The translations under genes and the position numbers were made by a program. The notes beneath the pieces were generated by a model. It had not been told where the DNA came from. It searched no databases and saw only the letters and a list, made by a program, of their open reading frames with translations. Positions 19,930-27,976 of a stretch of DNA of 64,000 bases are shown here, one piece after another; the first letter of the stretch is position 1; every line of letters starts with the position of its first letter. The stretch is taken from sequence record NC_047880.1. One strand, given 5' to 3'.

Positions 19930-21392
19930 GACATTTTCCTTTCGCTATACGTGATGTTCACACGCAGATTGCGCAGTGCCACGTATTCGAGTACAGAGTT
20001 AGGTATAACATCTTGCACAGGGCTTGGGATGTTGCAGTAGTCCACTTCTTTACGTCGAACAGGTCTGTCTACGTCCGTGTAATCATACAACACACGGTCC
20101 ATGATATCAGACACAGCGAGACGTTTGCCGAGAAGTCCAGGACGACGTTCAAACAGTTTGAGGATTGCTTCTTCAAGAACCGTCTGATTAGAATCGCGTG
20201 TGCCTGGAGCATCAGCATACAGCGCGACTTCTACAACACAGTCAATCTGCAACTTGTCAGGGTTCCACGATTGAACATCAAGAGGACTGTGGTACTGAAC
20301 AAGCCAGTTGAGAAACTTAGTCCACTGTGCAGAAGTAGGGTTAGGATTCACTCCTCCCCACGTACTTGTATTCTTCGGCAATACGCACACACGCACGATG
20401 CCCATCCACTCTTTATCGTTCGGTGCAATTTCAGCTTGACCCTGAACAACAACGTCAGCAACATCAGGATAGAGAGCACATGCCGCTTTCCACTCGTCAC
20501 GACGAATCAGTTTCTTTCTGCTACGTCCAACGATAGGTGCATAGTTGCGATAGTATTCGACAGGCGTTTCATCAGCACCACCGAGAATCGCAGTAACAGT
20601 CTTACCTTGAAGCTGTGGATTAGACAGGCACTGAACACGAAGACCAAGTGAATCAGAGTTACCGCTTGCGCCTAATGCTCTGACTGCTTGCACACGCATC
20701 GTATAACCATTCGGAGGTTGTACACCCCACTGCTCACCACCGAACAGTAGTTGAACATCTCCGCTATCAGTAGTCATATCGAGGAAGATTTGTTGTCCGG
20801 CATAGGCCTCAAACAAACACTTATCGAAACGCTGATACTCAATCGTGCTACCTGTAGGATGTTCGAACCACACACGGATATCAGAAGTAAGCTGGAAGTC
20901 TTCTGAACCAAGAGTGATTGACATGTAATCGGTAGGGTTAGTCACGATTTGGCTGAACGTGAAGATATCACCGACAATGAAGTCTACGTTCTTCACTTCA
21001 CCTGCTGCCCATTGAGTAACCTCAGACAGCAACACATTCATATCACCTACAGTGAATGGAGTGTACTTGTCGAACGAAACTTTCTGCGAACTTAGGTTAG
21101 CAACAGAAGCAGTAACGGTCGAAACAGATTTGCGTCCGATATCAACACCTAGATAACGAGCATTCTGTAGGATTGAAGTATCACGACGAGCCAGACGACT
21201 GAACGCTTCACGCGCTGCAATCAATGCGGCGTAGCTGTTAGTAACACCGATATCACCGAGAGCATCTGAGATCAAGGAAGTCATCGAGCTGACTTGTGCA
21301 TCAGTCCAATAAGAGGATGCGTTGATACGCGCAAGGAAGTCTGCGGCAAACTCCTCGTGCGTTAAATATGTACTGAGAATGCTGGTGCTCAT
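19926..21392 (-). CDS. Baseplate wedge protein, T4 gp6 / P2 gpJ-like (488 aa from MSTSILS)
   Basis: AREAF..LARRDTSI..ARYLG, GGAD.TPVE..R..AP and LIRRDEW motifs of baseplate-J; start placed at the TAATG overlap at 21392. Confidence 0.8.
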   Translation of the reverse strand: MSTSILSTYLTHEEFAADFLARINASSYWTDAQVSSMTSLISDALGDIGVTNSYAALIAAREAFSRLARRDTSILQNARYLGVDIGRKSVSTVTASVANLSSQKVSFDKYTPFTVGDMNVLLSEVTQWAAGEVKNVDFIVGDIFTFSQIVTNPTDYMSITLGSEDFQLTSDIRVWFEHPTGSTIEYQRFDKCLFEAYAGQQIFLDMTTDSGDVQLLFGGEQWGVQPPNGYTMRVQAVRALGASGNSDSLGLRVQCLSNPQLQGKTVTAILGGADETPVEYYRNYAPIVGRSRKKLIRRDEWKAACALYPDVADVVVQGQAEIAPNDKEWMGIVRVCVLPKNTSTWGGVNPNPTSAQWTKFLNWLVQYHSPLDVQSWNPDKLQIDCVVEVALYADAPGTRDSNQTVLEEAILKLFERRPGLLGKRLAVSDIMDRVLYDYTDVDRPVRRKEVDYCNIPSPVQDVIPNSVLEYVALRNLRVNITYSERKMS

Positions 21393-21811
21393 TACTGCGC
21401 CCTCATAGCAAATGTTACGGACTGCGTTGCTTCCAATTTCGGACAGCGCCATGAAATGATACAGGTGTACGTTTGTTCGTATAGTGAGCTGGCTGTACAC
21501 GCTGTCTTCACATCAACAACGTCGGCTGTTATGCCATTCGCAGGGTCTTCAAGTGCGATGCGCATGTAGGTTGCAATCCAATCAGCAGTTGTCTGATCGA
21601 ATGGTTCGAATAGATACTGATACACATCACAACCGAATGACTCACGCCACTTACGGGACTTCTTGCGCGTACCAACGATCATTAGAATCTTCTGGACAAT
21701 GCTGTCCATGTTCTGCACGTTATCACGAGGCTCAAGTTGAATCCACGCATTCAGATCACAATAGATGCGCTCGCTAACAGGAACATTTATCAGTTTGACG
21801 TAAATTCCCAT
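21392..21811 (-). CDS. Baseplate wedge protein, gp25-like (139 aa from MGIYVKL)
   Basis: KILMIVGTRK.SR.WRESFGCDV.QYLFEP gp25 signature; TGATG overlap with the PAAR stop. Confidence 0.85.
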   Translation of the reverse strand: MGIYVKLINVPVSERIYCDLNAWIQLEPRDNVQNMDSIVQKILMIVGTRKKSRKWRESFGCDVYQYLFEPFDQTTADWIATYMRIALEDPANGITADVVDVKTACTASSLYEQTYTCIISWRCPKLEATQSVTFAMRAQ

Positions 21812-22101
21812 CAGCCGAATCTCACGTTTGAGCTTCCACCAGAAGCAGTATCGCCACACGAATTGCCGTCACCAGCACGTTGAGCAGGCTTACCGTTAAC
21901 TCTGACAGAAGATGATGAAGTTGCTGTGCCTGTATGTGGAGGGCTATCTTTCTTCCAGTGGGGTTGATATGAATCTCCAACACGCACTGAGCCTTTGCCA
22001 TTAACAAACACATTACCAGAAGCAGAAACAGGCACTACAGGGAAATAGCCGTTATGGCCTGTAGAACGGTCTGTGCCTAAGCGAATCGCTTTTTGTCCCA
22101 T
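21811..22101 (-). CDS. PAAR-repeat spike tip protein (T4 gp5.4-like, 96 aa)
   Basis: AIRLGTD.STGH, VFVNGKG.VRVGD, H...PPH, V.VNGKPA.RAGD..SCG. Confidence 0.92.
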   Translation of the reverse strand: MGQKAIRLGTDRSTGHNGYFPVVPVSASGNVFVNGKGSVRVGDSYQPHWKKDSPPHTGTATSSSSVRVNGKPAQRAGDGNSCGDTASGGSSNVRFG

Positions 22102-22123
22102 GATAATCTCCTTTGTTAAGCAT

Positions 22124-22130
22124 AAATTAG
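22124..22130 (-). promoter_or_regulatory. CTAATTT candidate late-promoter motif
   Basis: Between the terminator at 22150-22176 and the AAGGAG RBS of the PAAR gene. Confidence 0.55.
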
Positions 22131-22149
22131 CTTGTTACGTGCGAGAAAC

Positions 22150-22176
22150 AAAAACGGGCAGCCTAATGGCCACCCG
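22150..22176 (-). terminator. Intrinsic terminator closing the non-coding interval
   Basis: CGGGTGGCC-ATTA-GGCTGCCCG-TTTTT. Confidence 0.85.
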
Positions 22177-22208
22177 ATTTTTGCGCTTGGAATTTTGTCG
22201 TTGTCCCC

Positions 22209-22355
22209 TCACACCCGAAGCGAGTGCATTGTAGCGTGAGCTACGCAGCCGGGACGAATTTCAGAACTAGCCTCTTGACAGACTGGTTCCGCTCTCGATA
22301 GCAATCGACCAAGCAATGCGATTACTATCAACGACATAAAGAACAGGAAGAACAT
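22209..22355 (-). CDS. Possible 48-aa small membrane peptide
   Basis: AGGAG RBS 5 nt before ATG; MFFLFFMSLIVIALLGRLLSRAEPVCQEASSEIRPGCVAHATMHSLRV. Overlaps predicted hairpins, so it may be non-coding. Confidence 0.4.
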   Translation of the reverse strand: MFFLFFMSLIVIALLGRLLSRAEPVCQEASSEIRPGCVAHATMHSLRV

Positions 22356-23368
22356 GAGTGCTCCTATGCCGTTACTACATTTCTTTGCAAAGAACTTTTG
22401 ACTCAGAATTTTTGGTACGCTCGCGACCCAACTGTCACAAGTCTCGTACTTTCGATTCTGTTAACCGCCCGTGCCAGGAATTGCTCCTAGTCTAATCAAA
22501 TAAGTTAAGGGGGAACCTATCCGACTCGAAGAAGAGTTGAGAGCACATCGGCATCTGCGGTGGTTGATACACTCTTTAACGATCATCTTAATACTACCTC
22601 TGTGCAAGAACCTGATCGACCGCTAACGATTCAAGCACAGATGCCACGAACAAGAAGGACGATATGCAGTGGGCACTGAACACATCCCGCTATGCACTCG
22701 GACATTAGTACATAGAAGGCTGAACACAGCTTATGGCAAAGCGTTGAGTCCCCGTATCCCATCTGAAACAGGTCTAACTCAAACTCGACTACATCCTAAA
22801 CAAGGGCTAAGGGTTCCTTGCTCATATGTGCCTGCGGATGTTACTCACTATTTAACGATTCATTGTCACCTTGAGAAAACCTTTGCAGACTTGAATCGTC
22901 CGCTTTAGAATCTGCATCAGTTCCTCTCGCTGTAGTGGAAGCGTTCTCTCGGTGGGAATATATGACGAAGCGCACCCTGTTCAGGCTACTTCCCAATGCG
23001 CACTAAGGTGAAAGTCAGAGTACGCATCAGGCAGCAGTCGCCGCAGTACAGCTATACCTAAAAGACTGGCCACAACACGGAGTTTCGCGCTCCACCAGTC
23101 TACGTGCCTAGAGGCCGGGTCCGTGCTAAGAGTTTCCGTTGGGCTTGGTTTGCGTCAACAGCAGAGAACCGGGCTATCACGTGGGTGCAGGAGTTATTCC
23201 TCACTATTACAATGCCGAAGCATATCCTGCTGGAGGCCGATACAAATCAACTAGACTAAGTATCTGTAGTATGTCGCTATGACGTGTAACGAAAAACATG
23301 CAAACGTTACGCGCATACAGATATTACTATCTGCAATTCTTATTTACAGATTTTCTGCAAAATGACCG

Positions 23369-25129
23369 TTAGAAATTCTTTCTTTCTACGTTCGTGTACA
23401 GAGTATCGTACGGATCAGAGTACAGCTCGGAACTACGCTGTGCGCGAACAGTCACATAACCTGTGTGACGATTGAACGCAATGATTTCAACCGTAGGCTG
23501 CTTCGGCTTAATCGTCGCATAGATAGGCGCGTTAAGCATCGGCTCGTCTGCAAGCAGTTTATCAACAGCAGGCAGTTGGGCAGCAGACAGCTTAGGTAGA
23601 TTGAAACGAATCTCTGCGCGAGTACGACCGAACGCCAGACGGATAGAACCTTTAGTCAGTTCACCACCGTTGTTGCGCAGATAGTTCATGATACGACGCG
23701 CAACACCTTCCACTTGGCCACGAGCAGCAGGGTCCATAAGACCGTCGAAGCTGATAGCGCCAGTAGGCTGGTTGATTGACAGATGCAGACCAGTGTTGAA
23801 GTAACCCTCTGCTAACAGGCGATACACTTCACGCGCAATCTCTGCGTTGTTCGTTGAGATGATTGGCGTTCTGATCTCAGGTGGATTCTCTTTCTGAGGC
23901 TCTGTGTACTCAACAGCACCAGAAGAATAACCCATGCTAATCTTTTTCGCTTTAGCATATTTCGCTTGCAGCAGGCCACTTGCGCGAATGATCACTGAAC
24001 CATTCTTAGACAGGTCATACAACTCGTCTGTACTGAATGTACTGAACAAGAAATAGTCCTGAGGAATAGCCATACGTGATACTGCTTCGAGTGCTTTCTT
24101 CTGCGCGTCTTTAATCGTTTCACCAAACACGATACGACTGCGATTCGGCTGAGCAGGACTGACAGGGAAGAACGCGCCGTACACAACACGACTATCTTTC
24201 TTAATCGGTTGTTCGGATTTAACCTTCTTGCCACCAGCAAGAGGAGGTAGCTTAACACCAACGAGCTTGCCTTTGGTGATAGCTTTGTTCGCAACAACAG
24301 GCTTCAATGCGTTGAGCAGTTTCGACAGGTCAGCAGCATCAAGCACCTTCTCCAGAGGAACAGCTAAGTTCTGCGGGAGATAGTGTTTCTTGCGGAACAT
24401 GTAGATGACCGTGTCTTTCTTCAACTGAATCGGTGTTGCCATGTTACGGCCAACGACACCAACAGGTGAGAACGTATTTACTTTATCAGCAGCAACAGAA
24501 CCGAACTCTTTATCGAACACGGACTGGCCAATGATGTTAGCAACACGCAGATGACCACGAAGCGTAAACACAATCTTCGGTTCATCTTTCAGACGCAGTT
24601 CATAACGATCGCGGTTGAGATACACAAGGCTGTATTTATCACCCTTCTCAAGTTCGAGATCGTATTCATCGGACGCATCATCGAAGTGTACTTTCTTACC
24701 TTGATAGGTAGCATACACACGAGGACCAGCAGACTCAGAAGCAATCTGCATTGCTTTACCGCTATTCGAAAGCGCTACAGCAAAGTCCGTTACAGCGTTT
24801 TGCATCTCCAGTGTAGAAGATACATGACGCTCAGGTTGAGGTGACCCGATTTCCAAATGCACAGCGCTTGAGCTGGACATGAACACGCTTTTGCCTGTTG
24901 GATTAACGCCAGCGAAGTGCATATCGCTGATACGTTCAATCTCATTAGCATTAACGTGAGGCATCGAGATAGATACACCAGCAGCAAAGTCAAAGATTTC
25001 ACCTTGACGCCAAGCATATCCGATGTTGTTTGAACTAAGTCCGATAAACGCATCGCCCACTAAGCGAACGGATGTCGGCACGATACCCAAGTCACGAATG
25101 ACGGGGTTCAGCTTTGGTGAGATAATCAT
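23369..25129 (-). CDS. Hypothetical protein, possibly head-internal (586 aa)
   Basis: Long ORF; several S-X-S motifs in the first 133 aa followed by a domain shared with three other proteins in the window. Confidence 0.7.
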   Translation of the reverse strand: MIISPKLNPVIRDLGIVPTSVRLVGDAFIGLSSNNIGYAWRQGEIFDFAAGVSISMPHVNANEIERISDMHFAGVNPTGKSVFMSSSSAVHLEIGSPQPERHVSSTLEMQNAVTDFAVALSNSGKAMQIASESAGPRVYATYQGKKVHFDDASDEYDLELEKGDKYSLVYLNRDRYELRLKDEPKIVFTLRGHLRVANIIGQSVFDKEFGSVAADKVNTFSPVGVVGRNMATPIQLKKDTVIYMFRKKHYLPQNLAVPLEKVLDAADLSKLLNALKPVVANKAITKGKLVGVKLPPLAGGKKVKSEQPIKKDSRVVYGAFFPVSPAQPNRSRIVFGETIKDAQKKALEAVSRMAIPQDYFLFSTFSTDELYDLSKNGSVIIRASGLLQAKYAKAKKISMGYSSGAVEYTEPQKENPPEIRTPIISTNNAEIAREVYRLLAEGYFNTGLHLSINQPTGAISFDGLMDPAARGQVEGVARRIMNYLRNNGGELTKGSIRLAFGRTRAEIRFNLPKLSAAQLPAVDKLLADEPMLNAPIYATIKPKQPTVEIIAFNRHTGYVTVRAQRSSELYSDPYDTLYTNVERKNF

Positions 25130-25137
25130 ATTAATCC

Positions 25138-25572
25138 CTAATACGAAACAAGGCGGAAAGCATTCTGTTTCAGCAGGTTGAGATTACCCAACATCAAGCT
25201 GTATGACAGAGTGCCATGCTGATTGATCAGACTATCAGGTACGATAGACCCGAAGTAAATTGCTCGGGGAACGAGATCATTAATCTCAACACCGACTGAC
25301 TTCATCGCATTAGGAACAATGAAGCACCACGGTTCAGCGATATACTTACCTTTCTGAAACTGAACTCTATACCCAACCGCGATTGGCTGGTGGGTAGGCG
25401 GGCTGTATGAGAAGACGTCCACGTTCTGCTTCATTGCGCGGCGCACAGAGAACATGGCCATAGTGCGAAAGCGTTGTTCGAACTGCGGAATAAAAGCGTT
25501 GTCCTCACAAATCTTCTTCAATACAGCCTCTTGCCGTTCTCTCGTCAGAGATGGGAACAGCGACAGGTTCAT
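25138..25572 (-). CDS. Hypothetical protein (144 aa)
   Basis: ATGA overlap with the tmk stop; no motif recognised. Confidence 0.7.
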   Translation of the reverse strand: MNLSLFPSLTRERQEAVLKKICEDNAFIPQFEQRFRTMAMFSVRRAMKQNVDVFSYSPPTHQPIAVGYRVQFQKGKYIAEPWCFIVPNAMKSVGVEINDLVPRAIYFGSIVPDSLINQHGTLSYSLMLGNLNLLKQNAFRLVSY

Positions 25573-26183
25573 GAAAGTCTGGCGAGTATCTGTCGAACCA
25601 CGTCTGACACAGAGTTAGTTTCGGTATCAATAACCAAATCGAAGCCGCCCGGTACTTCAAGATAGCGCTGATTGTATTGCTCATACACTTCTTTGGTCTG
25701 ACGCTTTTCGATACGGTCTTCACCACCGATACGAATCTTGCGGCGCTCGATAGACGTTTCATAGCTACACGTCAGCAGCACGGTCAGACGGCGTTCAGGT
25801 GCGAGCGCTTCCCACGTATGCTGATAGATGTGTGCGTTAACATCAGACTCACCCGCCTGATACACGTAGGTAGAGGGATAACCGCGATCAGCAATGATGA
25901 TCGTATCAGGCTCATTATCCAGAATGCGCTCATAAGCATTCATCGTCGAGGAACGTGCTGCAAGGAAGAGCAACAGTTCTGTGCGTGAGTCCATATCTTC
26001 ATTAAGAGGATTGGAGTTAGACAGCAGAACGTCACGGATGTGTTCAGCCAGAGGTGTACCGCCAGGCTCACGCAAGCGCAGAGTTTTTGCGCCACGTTGT
26101 GTCAGTATCTCAGACAGTGCATTACACACTGTAGATTTGCCTCCACCTTCGCCGCCTTCGATTAAGATATAAGTTGAGTTCAT
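25569..26183 (-). CDS. tmk: Thymidylate (dTMP) kinase
   Basis: YILIEGGEGGGKST P-loop, REPGGT, ELLLFLAAR and IIADRG motifs; start placed at MNSTY with AAGGA RBS. Confidence 0.93.
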   Translation of the reverse strand: MNSTYILIEGGEGGGKSTVCNALSEILTQRGAKTLRLREPGGTPLAEHIRDVLLSNSNPLNEDMDSRTELLLFLAARSSTMNAYERILDNEPDTIIIADRGYPSTYVYQAGESDVNAHIYQHTWEALAPERRLTVLLTCSYETSIERRKIRIGGEDRIEKRQTKEVYEQYNQRYLEVPGGFDLVIDTETNSVSDVVRQILARLS

Positions 26184-26194
26184 AGAGTTATTCC

Positions 26195-26686
26195 TTAGGC
26201 AAATCGCCCGCCACGCCATGCGGCTTTAATGAGCAATTTAGCCACGATTTCGTTCTTCATTGTCTTCCGCTTTGCGTTGCTTCTGACAAATGCAGAGCCG
26301 AACTTATCCACGACGATTAATCCACAACCAAGTTGTTTGATGCGGATAATGATTCTATCACCGTGTGATTCAAACAGTCGTTCATCAATGATGAAGTACA
26401 TGCGCATACAGTAGGGCAAATACTTGTGCCACTTCTTATCAGTGTTGAAGTCTGCCCAGCAACTCTTCACCTCAGTGATTATCATATCACACTTGGTGTT
26501 CAAGCAAAACACGTCTGCCCGTAAGTTGCCGTGCTTAATCAGACCGAGTTCGATGTGGCATGAATAGCGTTTGTCAATCCAGTAGCGCTGTGCTGCTTCG
26601 GTAAGAAAGGCCGTCTTATCAGGACGGCTCATTGATTTGAATACGGCAGTTTGAATAGGTTCAGCTTTGCGCCGCTTATAAGCCAT
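26195..26686 (-). CDS. MmcB-like PD-(D/E)xK endonuclease (163 aa from MAYKRR)
   Basis: E.G....LRADV..L....IITEVKS..ADF.TD.KW..Y..YC..MYF matches the MmcB family pattern. Confidence 0.8.
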   Translation of the reverse strand: MAYKRRKAEPIQTAVFKSMSRPDKTAFLTEAAQRYWIDKRYSCHIELGLIKHGNLRADVFCLNTKCDMIITEVKSCWADFNTDKKWHKYLPYCMRMYFIIDERLFESHGDRIIIRIKQLGCGLIVVDKFGSAFVRSNAKRKTMKNEIVAKLLIKAAWRGGRFA

Positions 26687-27134
26687 ATGAGTCGATGATA
26701 TCCAGGGCTTGCTCAACGATAGGTCGAAGTTTCTTATCAACCTTGTTGAGCGCTTTCTCTGCCTTGAACCACTTACGCTCACGGGTCAGGACTTCATCAT
26801 AGTCGGTCAACATTGTCTTGACCTTCATGACGAACCATTCAACGTGTTGCTCGCGGCCAGTCTTTCCTTTGACATACTTCATGATATCAACGAAGTCTTT
26901 CGGCTTGCCCAGAACACCAGCTTCTTCCATTGCTTCTTTAAGCGCAGAATCGAGTGGTGTCATTCCTTTCTCTACGCCGCCTTTGGGTAAACCCCAATTG
27001 CCTGCGTGAGTAGTACGAATGAGAAGAACTTCAATCGTACCGTCTTTCTTTTTACGGTATGGGATTACTCCGGACTGCTGTCGAGGCTTTTTCTCAAAAG
27101 GCATCTTAGCAGAGAGGGACACATTGAGCATCAT
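26676..27134 (-). CDS. Nudix hydrolase
   Basis: Nudix box GGVEKGMTPLDSALKEAMEEAG; QQSGVIPYR and WGLPKGG as in DIPP/Ap4A-like Nudix enzymes. Confidence 0.92.
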   Translation of the reverse strand: MMLNVSLSAKMPFEKKPRQQSGVIPYRKKKDGTIEVLLIRTTHAGNWGLPKGGVEKGMTPLDSALKEAMEEAGVLGKPKDFVDIMKYVKGKTGREQHVEWFVMKVKTMLTDYDEVLTRERKWFKAEKALNKVDKKLRPIVEQALDIIDSYGL

Positions 27135-27649
27135 AGATAGTCAGTGCCTCGTGGCATGTCTTTATCCCAAGACCAAGCGTTTGTCTTCCAAAGACCAGCT
27201 TGCTGCAATTCGCCGTAAGCTTCTTGGTAAGAGATAGAGTGCAGAACACTAACTTCCATAGGCAATGCAGGTCCGTTGTAACTGCATGACATACCTGGGA
27301 AGTATGAAGCACGGCACGTTGCATACGTGTCAAACACAATGCAACCTTCTGCATCAGTTACGACAGCATGAGACGCTACTCCGCCATTAACACCGCTCTG
27401 CCCTAATACGACAATGCGATAGTCCGGATGGAGGTTATATGAACGCTGAACAAATGAGGCGGCTTCTGCGAAAGGCAATGCAATAGATGCAGCACGATTG
27501 CAGTTCTGTTGGAACGCAGACTCAGAAAGAGAGCGAGCTCCTGTCAGATTCATAGCCGATGCAAAAATCATTGTTGTCAGATCTTTTGGTGCGACAGCAG
27601 TGGGGAAAAACTTAGTGCCCCACGCTTCTGATAATGAAAGCATGGACAT
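27131..27649 (-). CDS. Putative papain/transglutaminase-like fold protein (172 aa)
   Basis: Cys (QNCNR), His (SHAVV) and Asp (VFDTY) in the order and spacing of a catalytic triad. Confidence 0.45.
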   Translation of the reverse strand: MSMLSLSEAWGTKFFPTAVAPKDLTTMIFASAMNLTGARSLSESAFQQNCNRAASIALPFAEAASFVQRSYNLHPDYRIVVLGQSGVNGGVASHAVVTDAEGCIVFDTYATCRASYFPGMSCSYNGPALPMEVSVLHSISYQEAYGELQQAGLWKTNAWSWDKDMPRGTDYL

Positions 27650-27672
27650 CTCCTTATACGATAGTCTCAGCT

Positions 27673-27679
27673 AAATTAG
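27673..27679 (-). promoter_or_regulatory. CTAATTT candidate late-promoter motif
   Basis: Intergenic, about 24 nt upstream of ATG 27649 (RBS AAGGAG). Confidence 0.5.
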
Positions 27680-27685
27680 CGTCAT

Positions 27686-27976
27686 TTAGTTCGGACAGAC
27701 TAACACACGCTTGCGACCTTTGTAAAAAGAATCTGGTGCTTTGCCTATGACGATAGCGTAGCGCAACATGAAGCCTGGCTTCTTTACAGCTACGTTACAG
27801 CCACCATGAGAAAGAGCTGATAGCGCTTGACTGCGAAAGGGACCAGTCAGACAGAGATTATGAGCGAAGAAGGGTTTGCTCACCTTCTTCATTGTCCTGC
27901 TCATGAGTGCCCGAATAGCTTCGCATTGATCAGCAGTAGGTTCAGTACCGCAGTAAACATCAAAGTGCATAATCAA
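27686..27976 (-). CDS. Hypothetical protein (96 aa)
   Basis: Overlap-coupled ORF; no motif recognised. Confidence 0.65.
   Translation of the reverse strand: MIMHFDVYCGTEPTADQCEAIRALMSRTMKKVSKPFFAHNLCLTGPFRSQALSALSHGGCNVAVKKPGFMLRYAIVIGKAPDSFYKGRKRVLVCPN

Larger units (their letters stand above)
22150..23340 (-). ncRNA. Candidate large structured non-coding RNA (~1.1-1.2 kb), family unassigned
   Basis: Only long gene-free stretch in the window; many nested helices including a ~17-bp interrupted hairpin (about 22984-23035) and a 14-bp long-range stem (23247-23260 with 22486-22499); ends in an intrinsic terminator. 5' boundary is approximate. Confidence 0.6.

Noticed and set aside
23078-23145. 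tmRNA-like hints: CTCCACCA on the + strand (23090-23097) and a GAC-GCA-AAC resume-like codon context on the - strand
   Set aside because: The two hints are on opposite strands; there is no T-loop (GTTCRA) before the CCA, no GGGGC 5' end or G3-U acceptor stem, and the frame (ANQAQRKLLARTRPLGT) lacks an Ala-Ala type degron.
22150-23340. Group II or group I intron, or RNase P RNA, as the identity of the non-coding interval
   Set aside because: No domain V (AGC triad hairpin) or GUGYG...AY boundaries; the GACTA/TAGTC pair occurs in the opposite order to group I P7; no interrupted host gene; no RNase P GAGGAAAGUCC / P4 signature. A permuted ribozyme cannot be fully excluded without covariance models.
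22150-23368. CRISPR or TIGR-like repeat array
   Set aside because: No regularly spaced direct repeats; only a 7-nt CGGCCTC recurs, and there is no cas- or Nop-like gene nearby.
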